Assembly: GCA_951406725.2 (NCBI GenBank)
Contig: OX597838.1
Location: 2,852,001 to 2,916,000, forward strand
DNA length: 64,000 nt
Origin: Octopus vulgaris
Lineage: Eukaryota
Direction of reading: 5' to 3'
The translations under genes and the position numbers were made by a program. The notes under the pieces were generated by a model that saw only the letters and a program-made list of their open reading frames with translations, was not told where the DNA came from and ran no database searches. Within the stretch, counting starts at the first letter, position 1. Each line of letters begins with the position of its first letter. This document shows positions 42,973 through 57,479 of the stretch, one piece after another.

Positions 42973-43815
42973 GTTTGGCTTTGCTTTGTGTCGGTACAAG
43001 TTGACTCCAAGTCTCACCCAAAGAACTCAAGAAACAATAAGTGTGAAGTTCAAGACGGTATTATGACTAGAATGCCATACAGAGTATTGTTGCAGAGAAT
43101 GTCTGTCAAAGCATAAGAAAATTAAGTTTGTTTTAAAAGAAATTTGATTATAAGACGATAGAGTGGTCTTAACATGACAGTAAAAGGTGTTTGCTTTTAT
43201 GTGAATTTAAAAGTACTTCTGATAATCACTAATTTTAAATCTCACAACGAGAGATATTCAGCAACAGTACTTTGTAGTAAAGCTTGTTTGCACACATAAC
43301 ATGGCAGTCCTGGTTTTGATAATGTTTACAGATTAAAATGTTTTCGGAATTACAAAGACAATATTTTCGTAGGATATGAACAGTTCGCTGGAGCTCTATT
43401 TTTTAAATTTCTTCCATATTAAAATTTCCTGGTATCTGAGCTAGGCAGCAATCAGCCCCTTTTGCTATCATTCCTAGGGCACCTATCACAACAGGTATTG
43501 TTTTAGTCTTGAGGTTCCACATTTTGCCAATTTCTATTTCAAGATCTTTATATTTGCTGTTTTTGGTAGGTCTTGACAGATACGTTTATATCGATTGGGA
43601 CAGTCATATCAATGAGGAGGCATGATTTTTGTCTGAAGTCTTTCAATGTAATGTCTGGCCTATTCGCATCTATCTTTCTGTCAGTTTGATCGGTGAAGTT
43701 CCTGAGGAGTGAGTTGTGGTCATTTTCAAGCACGGGAATTGTGTGTTCCCACCAGTTTTTGTCATGGAGCAGGTCCAGGTGTTTGCAAATTACCCAGGGA
43801 ATATATTGTACTGCT
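42971..43815 (-). mobile_element. 5'-truncated R4/Dong-like LINE (restriction-like endonuclease end plus 3' UTR) between (TAA)n tracts
   Basis: WVICKHLDLLHDKNWWEH / LENDHNSLL..TDRKIDANRPDITLKDFRQKSCLLIDMTVP / DLEIEIGKMWNLKTKTIPVVIGALG is a PD-(D/E)xK RLE signature. (TTA)n flanks both sides. Confidence 0.85.
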
Positions 43816-43829
43816 TATTATTATTATTA

Positions 43830-43961
<132 letters not shown>

Positions 43962-43971
43962 TATTATTATT

Positions 43972-44072
<101 letters not shown>

Positions 44073-44124
44073 CGTCGACTTTATCTTTCATCCTTTCAGG
44101 GTCGATGAAATAAGTAGCAATGGA

Positions 44125-44640
44125 GCACTCCTCATGTCTCAAGAATCTTTCTTAGGATTCTTTCAAAAATCACAGAATGGCACACATTCCGACAGTTCCA
44201 CAAAGCGAGTCTTAATTCCAATCTCTTTCAGTCTCTCAGGTGTTGGTGCCAAGTGTACCAATTACCACAGAAATAATTGTCATCTGAGTCTTCCATTATT
44301 TCTTCATCTCTCTAGCTTCGTCCGGATATTTTTTTATTCCTGATCTCTCTGCCATCCACTCTGTTATCAGACGCTATTTCAAAGTTAATGATCTTACAGT
44401 TTTTGCTGTTGATGTTTTTTTTCTGGTTTTTCTTTTCGTCCTCGACAATCGTGTCTCGCTCTCTCTTTTCTTTCTTTTTTTCTTTTCTGTCCGTTTCCGT
44501 CATGTCCTCTGCAATCATGTCTGGTCGTCTTTGCTTCAAAAGTATGGTCAGTCGTTATGGGTCAATCCCATAAAACTCTAATTATTATTCTCTGTCTTCA
44601 GCCTCTGGCTCGTGGTCATACCAATTCTTTTCCTTCTTTG
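44125..44640 (-). mobile_element. Second, more decayed R4/Dong-like RLE fragment
   Basis: Frameshifted translation KNWYDHEPE...TDHTFE..RRPDMIAED...CKIINFEIASDNRVDGRE...ISVVIGTLG. Confidence 0.65.
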
Positions 44641-44807
44641 AATCGAGATACACAGCTCAAATACCAATGTACTATTTTACCATGACAATGGGAAGACGAT
44701 TTAGTGAAGCAACGTGGATAAAGTTCGAAAAGAATGATGGAATCAAAACAGAATTGGAAGCGCAATGTGACCAGAGGTGTATAACAGCATCTGATTATTG
44801 GTCGCTA

Positions 44808-44878
<71 letters not shown>

Positions 44879-45433
44879 GAGTGAGAGAGCAGCGCATGCC
44901 ATCAAAGTGACACTGGGGTAAAATATACGAAGCCCAGTATACCCATCATGACTACCTGTCTGATAAGGGTACACCAGGCACATGCATCACAACCATATGT
45001 GCGCGACATGGTGATCTCATATCAAGATAAACAGCACATGACCTTGCAGGTGGAGCCCAGTTAGAATTTTCTTCTGGTCGAGTAGCCCATCCCGCTCAGA
45101 AGGTCCCTGAATAAGGATTGTTTAAGGATGTTGAACGAACCACCCATGTTTCCAAAGATGAATTATCCAAATCTCTAAGAATTCCTTTCGACACACGGCT
45201 GTGATGCTCCCCCACCACTCCTGCTCATGATCAGAGATGCACATATCGTCAACCACTAGGGGACATGGTCAACTGGTTACGGTCAAATAACTGACAAGCA
45301 AATCTGTGGTATTGAGCAGAATATTTGCTGTAGGCCATCTTTTATACCAAGACAAAACAATGTACATGATAACACTTCCAGTTAGTTAAGATCAGAAGCC
45401 ATGAGAGCCACTGTCTGGTACTGCATCAGAGCA

Positions 45434-45436
<3 letters not shown>
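44879..45436 (-). mobile_element. ~560-bp non-coding interspersed element (family F), longest copy, embedded in (TAA)n
   Basis: Closely similar to 42342-42829 and, inverted, to 22226-22803. No tRNA head and no ORF; ends in ...CTCTCTCACTC(AAT)n on the minus strand. Confidence 0.85.
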
Positions 45437-45502
<66 letters not shown>

Positions 45503-45513
45503 CATTATTATTA

Positions 45514-45658
<145 letters not shown>

Positions 45659-46227
45659 CATTATTATTATTATTTTATATGTGTGTGTGTATGTATGTAT
45701 GTATGTATGTATGTATGTATGTATGTATGTATGTTTGTATGCATGTACATATAGAATGTATATTTGAATCATCGCTGTGAAAAACGGCATCTGAATACAA
45801 GGCTTAGTTTTTAGGGAATGTAGCAACGTAGATCATAAAGTCCTCGGTTCGATTCCCGGGCCCTGTAGCGCATTGTGTCCTTAGGCTAGGTTTCTTACTC
45901 CACGTTTCAATCTTCTCAGCTGATAACATTGAGAATAACTGCCAAACATTAATTGCTGGCAAGGAACCAGTATTTTGTCTTTCGGCCATAATACACCACA
46001 AAGTATATTAAGGGGTTTTATAAATCGATACTCTGTCGCACCTTGTGTGCATTGTTTTCATCTTAAAATTTTATCTCTGCAGATTTTCTTTATAATTTAG
46101 AGCCAGCGCTAAAAGTTACGACGTTTCGTATACGAATACGTCTATGTAAACAATGCGATCGAATGTAGAAAAATAGATGATGGCTGTATATGCACATTTC
46201 GGGAATTTTTGTTCTTTCATCAGTACT

Positions 46228-46630
46228 ACATCCAACCCATTGGATGGAAGCACTCCGTCGGTTACGACGACGAGGGTTCCGGTTGATCCGAATCAACGGA
46301 ACAGCCTGCTCGTGAAATTAACGTGTAAGTGGCTGAGCACTCCACAGACACGTGTACCCTTAACGTAGTTCTCGGGGATATTCAGCGTGACACAGAGAGT
46401 GACAAGGCCGGCCCCTTGAAATACAGGTACAACAGAAACAGGAAGTAAGAGTGAGAGAAAGTTGTGGTGAAAGAGTACAGCAGGGATCACCACCATCCCC
46501 TGCCGGAGCCTCGTGGAGCTTTTAGGTGTTTTCGCTCAATAAACACTCACAACGCCCGGTCTGGGAATCGAAACCGCGATCCTATGACCGCGAGTCCGCT
46601 GCCCTAACCACTGGGCCATTGCGCCTCCAC
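46228..46630 (-). mobile_element. Intact ~400-bp tRNA-derived SINE, family D
   Basis: Minus strand GGAGGCGCAATGGCCCAGTGGTTAGGGCAGCGGACTCGCGGTCATAGGATCGCGGTTTCGATTCCCAGACC (A and B boxes), followed by a GC-balanced body with CpGs retained. Confidence 0.8.
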
Positions 46631-48485
46631 TAATGAATGATATAGTAAACAAAAGAAAGAAATTAAACAATAGTTCGTCACACACACACCTGTATCTCTA
46701 GAACATGTTTCTTATTTCTTAATCCAACCCATTAACCATCCACTTATCTATTGCTTAAATAGCCACTAAGATTAGCAGTGTAACACTATTTGAAAGACTA
46801 ATTTACATATGTAACACATTCCCAACAACTAGTAAATACAACACAATAACTGATAGGGACACTGTATTTCGTTATGCAACATTAACATACGACCAAGTAT
46901 ATTAAAGATTAGAAGCGCCATGTTCTCATTTTTAAGCTTTTCTCTACCGATTTTCTAAAGAATTTAGAGCCGACACTGAAAGTTACAAGGTTTCGTATAC
47001 GAATATGTTTATGTATACAATGCGAAAATAGAAAAAGAAATATGCAACGGGTGTCCATGCACATTTCAAGGGTTATTGCTCCTTAACATCGTGAGTTTCG
47101 GTACTTGCTCTGAATTCAATGGAAAATCTGTGGAGATAGACTTAAAAACGAAATACTAAACAGAGCACCAAGTCAGCGTTAAGACAGCACAGATAAACTG
47201 CAGCCTGTTTCGCTCTACTGATCTCATCAAAAGAATGTAGAATATGACCAGGTCATAAAGATATATCGTTGAGGAATTTATCTATGGAAAATTCTTAAGA
47301 AAAGTTTAGTAGTGTAACGTGGGGTGTACGAGATGTGCATGTCCCAAAGGGCAGCCATTTTATATGCGTATATTTCTAGTGGTCAAAAGTAGGTTATGCT
47401 TATAAAAGGGCGGCCAATACGGCTCTCATACGAAGAAAGACCAAAACCCACGTTACGTCTCTGAACAAATATTAAATAGATAATGAAGACGTGTGGAGGG
47501 TGAAGAATTTCCTTGACGAGGAATATTCTATGAAGGGTTTTCGAATGAATCGTATTTTATATGAAAGACACTTATTAGCCATTCAAAAAAAAAACTGTTA
47601 ACCTCAGTTAAATGTTAATTATTTGGTATGAAAATGTTCGTCGCGGGGATTGCTGCCTGATCAGTGACATGATCAGTGACATGACTTCCTGCATCTCTCT
47701 CTGGCTAACACGTGTCTTCCAAGCTGCAATCGTTCTAGTTTCAACATAGTGTCTCAGATCAAATCATATGCCTGGCATGAACACCACCGAAAAGAATATA
47801 TTTATGTGTATAGGGAGGTGAGATATTGAGAGAGAGAGAGACAGACAGACAGACTGAGACCAAGTGTGAAAATTGTGTGAATGAGAGATGAATGAAAAGA
47901 TAAAAGGAAAAAGGAGAAGCGTATGAAAGACGTGAAGAAATGAGAAGGAAAACTTTCCATGTTAAGGGCTTTCAGTTCCCAGATTTTCGTTCAAACTAAT
48001 TTCATTTGAAAATGTACAGAGCAAGATATAAAGGTGTTGAGGATTAAAAGAGAGAGAAAAGAATCTGGGTTGTATAAAGCTGTGATTAAGAAGCATAGAG
48101 AAAGGAAAAAGAAATAAGATGAAAAGACCTGAAGAAGATGGAGAAGGAAAATGGTTTTCAATAAGAAGTAAGTGCGCTGCACTGAGAATGTTGGCATTAA
48201 AGGTTCTTCACAGTTGAGAGGAATATACTTGGAAAAGGTCACAGACTTGATGAAGAAAGAAACATATTGAGAAGGAATCTTGCACAAGTGGTGACAATTA
48301 AAATAGGATTTGAAAACTTTGTGTGTCATTCTACAGGAAATAATGTTAACTGGTGTTTTTTGAAAATTACCGGAAAAGTAATGGATCCTTTATGTTGCAG
48401 AATTAAAGTTCAAGATCTTGGAACCCGCATATATTATATTATATCATTGAATATCACACACACACACGCACACACACATGCACAC

Positions 48486-48538
<53 letters not shown>

Positions 48539-48906
48539 TACATCCTCACACACAAGCACACAAGCACACACTCACACACACACTCACACACACACGCACA
48601 CATAGTAAGAGAGGAGGGAGAGAAAGGAGGACTTCCACGGCATGATTATCGGTGTATTTCAAAAAATTCCCCTAAAAATAATTAGTCCTGTATGACACTT
48701 AAGTGTTCATAAGCATAGCCGCAGTCATATGACTGATACAAGTAAAAGAATAATGTATAGGTTACACACTCATGCACACACATATATGCGCACACGTACA
48801 CACATACATACAAGCATACATGCACACGCACACACAAACACACACACACACAATGCTTTTCGTAAAACTTCTTGATTGAAGAGAGATTTTCTTAAATTAA
48901 AAATTT

Positions 48907-49078
48907 ATAGAGTATTAAGCAGCAAGGTATTAAAGTAATTAAGTTAATGTTCGGTCATAGAGTGACCAGTGGTCTCGCGTCCACAAGGGTCTTAGCTAAG
49001 GCCTTTGTGGAAGCGAAGCCGTTGGTCACTCTATCACCTGACATTAACTTAATTCCTTTTAATACATTAATGCTCTAT
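48907..49078. repeat. ~170-bp imperfect palindrome (long hairpin)
   Basis: Arms 48927-48995 and 48996-49065 are centred on CTTAG|CTAAG, with an outer stem 48907-48918/49067-49078. Confidence 0.92.
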
Positions 49079-49135
49079 GCTTTAGAATGCGCTTCTTTTT
49101 CGGATTTGTGATATATTGACGATATATATATATAA

Positions 49136-49193
<58 letters not shown>

Positions 49194-49317
49194 AAGAGCG
49201 TAGGCTCGAAACGTTAAAGACTTGTTTTATTTATATTTCCTGAGCGCCATACTAATACAATTGTTTGTTTGTTTTCCACCTGCCTTCGTCTTTTGTCTAT
49301 TTTCATAAAGCTTCCCG

Positions 49318-49389
<72 letters not shown>

Positions 49390-49579
49390 GTTGTATACTG
49401 TCAATCTAACAAGAACGTGACAGTAGGGGGTACACCACCGCTGTATAGCCCTAGGAAGCATCGAACGCCTCCTGATAGCTTTGACACATTTTCCCCTGTG
49501 TCCTTATATACATATACGAAGGGGAGACAAACACCTCCGGCCGCCGGAACTGCATCTAGGGAGGTACAGGCAGAGTATT

Positions 49580-49718
49580 AATAAGACGCTCAGAGAAGGA
49601 AAGAAAGAGTGGTTGTTTTAGATTTCGAGCAAAGCTCTTCTTCGTAAACAGGAAGCATAGGAACGTCCAAAAGAAAAGAAAGGAAGGAGGAAAAGATCAC
49701 CAACAGTCAACGTGCAGT

Positions 49719-49767
<49 letters not shown>

Positions 49768-49945
49768 ATAATCCAAACAAGAAAGCACAAAAAAACACAA
49801 CAACGCGTGGACGCTCAGGAAAGAAGGAAAGAAGGAGGGTTTAACGTTTCGAGCGGAGCTCTTCGTCGGAAACATAGGAGAAGAAAGATCCAGAGAAGGG
49901 AAGACAGAGGAAAAAAATCGCCAACTGTACATACGCGGTCACATT
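49580..49945 (-). mobile_element. Tandem Penelope-like pseudo-LTR remnants carrying minimal hammerhead-like motifs
   Basis: Two diverged ~140-bp units, each with GAAGAGC-loop-GCTCGAAA. Related + strand units lie at ~49190-49320 and ~52555-52685. Confidence 0.55.
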
Positions 49946-50221
49946 TTGAAAGACCGGAAAGACGATATATATATCGTCTTATATGTGATTCTAAGGAAAG
50001 GGATGGAATAGGAATAGAACAAAAGTCGAAGACGACAGATTCTTCAGTTTTAGAATTTAAAGATAAACTTGATTGAAAAATATATAAGCATATGAACAGA
50101 AGATCGCAAAGTGTAGCTGGGAAATAATACGAAAAATAATCCTGATAAAATGAAATGAATTCAGGGTATTTCAGTATTAGGGTGGGAAGAAAGACAGAGA
50201 TAGATAGATAGATAGATAGAT

Positions 50222-50305
<84 letters not shown>

Positions 50306-50519
50306 TATACATATGTTTTCCTGGGACTTCCAGTTCTCTCTTTTGAGTGCTTACTCAATAAGTGACCATAAATAACGAAACGTAAAGTCTTAGTCAAAAT
50401 CAATATTATCGATAAATGTTATCGATAAATTTTACTCTACCAAATGTGTGGAGTTACTCCACCAGTAAATGTCTTTACTTCAACAAGTTGATCAACAAAA
50501 CCAGAAACATTCATATACC

Positions 50520-50565
<46 letters not shown>

Positions 50566-50795
50566 CGTGTGTGTGTGTGTGTTTACATAACATACTTAAG
50601 CACTTATTCTTCATTCTTTGTTTCGATTCGTTTCCATTTTGCGACAAAACGCAAATTGTTCTCAAGAATGAAAGAATGCGGTTAAAAATTAGTAGAAAAG
50701 CATCAGAGACAACCTCTTCTCTCACAGAAGAATGCCTCGAAGACACGGAACTTAACAACTTAAGTCTGAGAAATATGCATATACATATATATATT

Positions 50796-50826
<31 letters not shown>

Positions 50827-50827
50827 T

Positions 50828-50861
<34 letters not shown>

Positions 50862-50906
50862 TGTATGTATGTATGTATGCATATGTATATATATATATAT
50901 ATATAT

Positions 50907-51467
50907 AGAGAGAAAGAGAGAGAGAGAGAGATGCATAGGCACATATATTCGCACATATTGTACATGTATATAGACATATAAACGTAAGCATACATACACA
51001 TATACACACATGTGTTAATCATTAGAATCGCCCTTGTTTGTTTCCTCATAGAATTGGAATGTTTTGAACTTTCTGTGGAGACCGTTAATAATTGTCCCTT
51101 TCTCTTCTATTATGAAGACCCTCGCCAGCCATAAGGACCTTCGGTGCTTCATTTTAACATAACTGGCAGCTGTCTTTTATCCCCTTTATAGGGATCTGCA
51201 GTACATAATATAGACCATTGTCGATAGCAATGGTTCTCAACCGGGTCCCACGTGACCCTTAGGGGTCTGTACAGTGTTTTATTGTTGTAGTTTTTCTCCA
51301 ATAAATTCGTTATATTGCTACACTACACAAAATATTTCAAGACTTTCTTTCTACCGTTCCCGATAATATTTTTTTTCTTTTTTAACACTGACTGTGTATA
51401 TATGTGTATGTATGCTTACGTTTATATGTCTATATACATGTACAATACGTGCGAATATATGTGCCTA

Positions 51468-51500
<33 letters not shown>
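50907..51500. repeat. ~100-bp inverted repeat around a ~385-bp spacer
   Basis: 50932-51008 is the near-exact reverse complement of 51393-51470, extended by (GA)n/(TC)n. Confidence 0.9.
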
Positions 51501-51509
<9 letters not shown>

Positions 51510-51545
51510 TCTCTCTCACTCACTCTCTCTCTCACTCACTCACAC

Positions 51546-51609
<64 letters not shown>

Positions 51610-51899
51610 CCTCATCATGATGGTCGATAAGCAAAAATATGGCTGTGAACCATCGGTCTCTACTTTCTGACTTAAAGACATGTATTCGGGAAGTAACGTT
51701 GCACGAGTCCTTTTGAAAGGAACAAAAATGGCTTTTGGGCACCAATCCTGTGTGAGGTCCATTACCTACGCATATTTAAGTCTACATTTGTGCTTAGATT
51801 CATTTTGAAATCTCTTTTGTCTTTGATCAATATCTTAACTGACTCACAGTTAATTTACTGCACTTTTTTATAATGTCTTACTTCCCATTCTCTCTCTCC

Positions 51900-51965
<66 letters not shown>

Positions 51966-52847
51966 ATGTATTCTTATCTTTCTCTCTTGCTCTTTCTTTA
52001 TCTCATATGTGTATTTATTTATTTATTTATTTATTCATTTCACTTAGTTATTCGTGTTATGTTTATCTCGTTCATGGTTGTCCAATTTGGTTTTTTCTTC
52101 CAACCTTTCTTTTTTCATTCATCCTATTTTCCCCTCTTCTTTTTCCCCTCTGTTTTTTTATCTCTTTCTTTTTCGCTCTCTTTATTCTCTATTCTGTTTT
52201 CTTTCTCCTTTTCCTTCCTCTCTCTTTCTCTTCTTTCTTAGCCCCTCTTAATATTTTTCTGCCAGCGGTTTTCTTCCTTCTACCCTCACAATATACTTAT
52301 AAAATGCCTCGCCATCAATCCAACTCTAGGTATTAATTTCTCTATAACACACTGCAATAAAGTGTTCCCTGGCGATGCGTTGTGGTCGAGCAACAAATGG
52401 CCCTTGGAACATCATATGCAGAATTCAAACAACCACATTGGTGAAACGTGCACAGGAACTAATAGTATAAACCTGTTCGCCATGTTGGACCGCTGAATTC
52501 TCCAAGTCTTCTTTTTACTCTCTCTCTCTCTCTCTCTCTGTATTTTCTGTTATTCTTTTCTGCTGAAGAGCGTAGGCTCGAAACATAAAAGACTTTCTCA
52601 CTTTCCCGAACGTCAAACTAATACACTTGCTTGTTGTTCACAGACCGGTCTTCGTCTTTTGTTTTTCTATAAATTTCGACTAATATAAACTTATGTTGAT
52701 TGTAATTTCTTGTATATATGTCCGTAGGTATTGTGTTGCCTCTGAACGGCTTTCTGCTCACACTAAATACAGTTTTATCACGTGATATACGAAATTTTTC
52801 AGCTCTCTGGTAAATTGTTTAAAGATATATTTTACAGAATATGAAAA

Positions 52848-53076
52848 AGGCGAGCTGGCAGAAACGTTAGCACGCCGGGCGAAATGCTTAGCCGTATTTC
52901 GTCTGCCGTTACGTTCTGAGTTCAAATTCCACCATGGTCGACTTTGCCTTTCATCCTTTCGGGGTCGATAAATTAAGTACCAGTTACGCACTGGGGTCGA
53001 TGTAATCAACTTAATCCGTTTGTCTGTCCTTGTTTGTCCCCTCTGTGTTTAACCCCTTGTGGGTAGTTAAGAAATA
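52848..53076 (+). mobile_element. tRNA-derived SINE, family A (best-preserved copy)
   Basis: A-box-like TGGCAGAAACGTTAG, B box GAGTTCAAATTCC, and central GCCTTTCATCCTTTCGGGGTCGATAAATTAAGTACCAG domain (resembles the Nin/Meta-type SINE central domain). About 10 copies or fragments in the window. Confidence 0.9.
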
Positions 53077-53526
53077 AATAATATACGTTTGGCTCAACTC
53101 AGCGTGACTTAAAGTTTCGTGGGCGCATGGGACACGTCCGTCTCATCATAAAAACTTCAAGTCGTGGCCAACTGAATCAAATTGCTGTTAAAGACCTGAG
53201 AATCCAGTGAAATGTGTTGACGAGTTTCGTTCGAAAATATTGTATTTATTATTCCCATCTGTGCGTGTATGAGAGTGTCTTTGAGTGTGTGAGAAAGACA
53301 AAGAGGGAAATAATGTATCCGTGTGTGAGTGAAAGAAAGAAAGAAAGAGAGAAAGAGAGAGAGAGAGAGAAAGAAAGAAAGAAAGAAAGAGAGAGAAAGT
53401 GAGTGTGTTCATATTTGAGAGGGTGTATACATTCGGCCATATATCAATATATATATATCGAAAATACATCCCAAAATATAAATTATTCCACGTATGACTA
53501 CATATCTCAGTACATACACACACACA

Positions 53527-53564
<38 letters not shown>

Positions 53565-53612
53565 CATATATATATACATATATATATATATGTGTGTGTA
53601 TGTGTGTGTGCG

Positions 53613-53643
<31 letters not shown>

Positions 53644-54102
53644 AGAGAAAGAGAGAGAGAGAGAGAGAAAGAGAGAGACGAATAGGGAAAGAAACAGGTT
53701 GCCAGATAAGTATACACGTGTGTGTGTGTGTGAGTGCACATACAATATATACCTACACTCGTATAAACCTATTGCAAAACTGCTGTAAGTTGCGCTTATG
53801 TAACTAAATATTTTTTTAGCAATATTCTTCAAAAAAATATTAATTCTAGCAAAATATATTCTACAAATTCAATTTGGAAGTGGAAGAGCGAAACCATAGA
53901 AGGCATTACCAAAGTTTGGTTTGAAACTCAATATAGTTGTTAGCGTCAATATTGTTTAGTTAGAATCCGGTTGCTGCTACATCTGTGCTCAAATTCAATG
54001 AATTAGAACAAACAAGGTTTCTATGTAGATAGAGTTATAGGTAGGTAGATAGGTAGGTAGGTAGATAGGCAGGTAGATAGGTAGGTAAGTATATAGATAG
54101 AT

Positions 54103-54173
<71 letters not shown>

Positions 54174-54188
54174 AAGATAGATAGATAA

Positions 54189-54237
<49 letters not shown>

Positions 54238-54275
54238 GGGGTAAATAGATGTTTGTTTATATATCTTTATATCCT

Positions 54276-54308
<33 letters not shown>

Positions 54309-54313
54309 GTATA

Positions 54314-54394
<81 letters not shown>

Positions 54395-54700
54395 TACAGG
54401 CATCCCCCCCACACACACACTAAATAAACATAGACGCACATAGAGATATAAGCATGCGCAAATGAAGACATACAATAGAAATACAAAATGGCTGACGGTT
54501 AGTAAGGAGAGACACAAGTAAGTGAGAAGAAAACAAAGGACCACTGATGCGGTCACAGGAGTGTGACGAAAGAACTTTGGCCGAAATAAGATTAAGATTA
54601 ATGTAAAAAATAAATATCACTGAAGCAAAATAACACCAAATATATAGTGCGTGTGTTTTTATTGGCTAAACTGGCAATATGACCATTCCGAAATATAACA

Positions 54701-54751
<51 letters not shown>

Positions 54752-54757
54752 TATATA

Positions 54758-54829
<72 letters not shown>

Positions 54830-54833
54830 CCAA

Positions 54834-55325
<492 letters not shown>

Positions 55326-56161
55326 AAAATAATCTGAAGAATATTCTAGTAAGTGTAGCAGCGTCACGTGACGACGACAAAGCGGTTTATCGATATTTTT
55401 GATCAATTAATCAGAAGAGGAGGAAAATATTTAGCAAGTGTTGACCAGTCGGAAATCGTTGACCAAGATGGTGGAAGAATCACCGAAGTCGATAGGAATA
55501 TTGCAGAATCAATGCGCTGTTGCTAAAGGGACGTATTTCGGGATAACAGGAGACCAGACAGGCCTAATTCTTTATGCGTTTTTTTTTTTATTACAACAAC
55601 ACCTCTCCCACCCCAGACCATTGCAGGCGCGTGGCTTAGTGGTTAGGGTGTCGGACTCATGATTGTGAGATGGTAGTTTCGATTTCTGGGCCGGGCGATG
55701 TATTGTGCTCTTGAGAAAAACACTTCACGTTAGCAAAAATGAATAATCCTCGGCTGGCAAAAACGGCTCATCCTACGACAGACCCGCATGCCACCCGGGT
55801 GGGGAAACATATGCGCCACGGAAACCGGGAAACCGGCTCTATATGTCTATATGACTTGGAAAGCAGCTTTATCCTATCTTATCTGTCCCCTTCCATTCTC
55901 TTACCGTCCACCCAGTAAGCATTTCTACCCACCCACCCGTCCACCCAAGCTTCACAATCCGGTGAATAACATCCGGACCGTAAAGAAGCAAAAAGGCAAA
56001 AGCCCCACCACCACCTTAACCTAGTAAGGCTCCGTCCCTTTCGGGCGGTGACGGACATTTTGTTCTTCAACTACGTTTAACCTCGAAGGGATTCTCTCTC
56101 TCTCCTTTAATGGTAAATCCCCAGAAGCAAACAACGTGTTAAATTTATAAACTGCTTTTAA

Positions 56162-56225
<64 letters not shown>

Positions 56226-56484
56226 GTGTGTGTGTGTGTGTGTGCGTGTGTGTGTGTATGTGTGTGTGTGTGTGTGTGTGCGTGTATGTAGGTGTGTGGC
56301 CCAGTGGTTAGTCGTGCTGCACTCACGATCGAGAGATTGTGATTTCGAGCCCTAGACCGTGCGGTGTGTGTATGTGTGTGTGTATTTCCTGGGTGACAGG
56401 TTGACTTAACTTTCCGTATTACTCAAAGTTTCGTGCTAAAATAAACGACCAGATCCTCGGACATTCGGAAGCAAAGTACAGACA

Positions 56485-56523
<39 letters not shown>

Positions 56524-57211
56524 TCATAGCACAGCAATACTAACTGCATTCTTTGTGTGCCCCAGCATGGCCTCAATCAAGTAAAACCGAAACAAGTAAA
56601 AGAATAAAATATAAAAAGAAGTATAGGAAATGAAGCCTCGTTATAACTCCTCGGTTACACATTCTGCTTCTTAAGACTGAAGTCCCGTTTTGGCCCTTTG
56701 TATTCATGATGTAAACATGTTAAGGGCTGATGAAAGCGAAGGACTTTCCGTTTTCCGGCAATGAGCTGTTTGCTATTTACATTAGCCTCCTCTGCGTTAA
56801 CTACTGAATGGGTTTTGAGTGGGCGGATGTTTGTTGACGTCATTAATAAGGTTGATTTGTCTTTAATATTTTGTTTTTATCGTCGACAATTGAGTTTGAT
56901 TGTTCCGTTAACTGATTGAGAAGGCTCAAAGGACCATCACAAACACTGATCGCCATTTTTACAGTTTATTGAAATATTGAAATTGGTAAATTGGTCTTTT
57001 TTGCTAAGTTACCATTGACGATAATAACATTATTTCTTAACAGTTTGAAACGCACACAAACTCTCTCTTCCCTCTTTATCTCCCTCTCTCTCTCTCTGTC
57101 ACTTTCTAGACATATATACATATATATTTATTTATATATATATACATATATATGTACGTATATATGTGTGTATATATATGTATATATTTTCATATATATA
57201 TATATATATAC

Positions 57212-57325
<114 letters not shown>

Positions 57326-57326
57326 T

Positions 57327-57406
<80 letters not shown>

Positions 57407-57479
57407 TGAGAGGGAAATTTCGAGTCAACTTGAAGAGCTCGATGAGGGGTATTATTATTTGATGAAACAGAAGATTACC

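Noticed and set aside
46560-46630. tRNA gene candidates (also at 16226, 52848 and 55626)
   Set aside because: They are tRNA-like heads followed by SINE bodies; I could not see a closing acceptor stem or a Pol III terminator right after the head.
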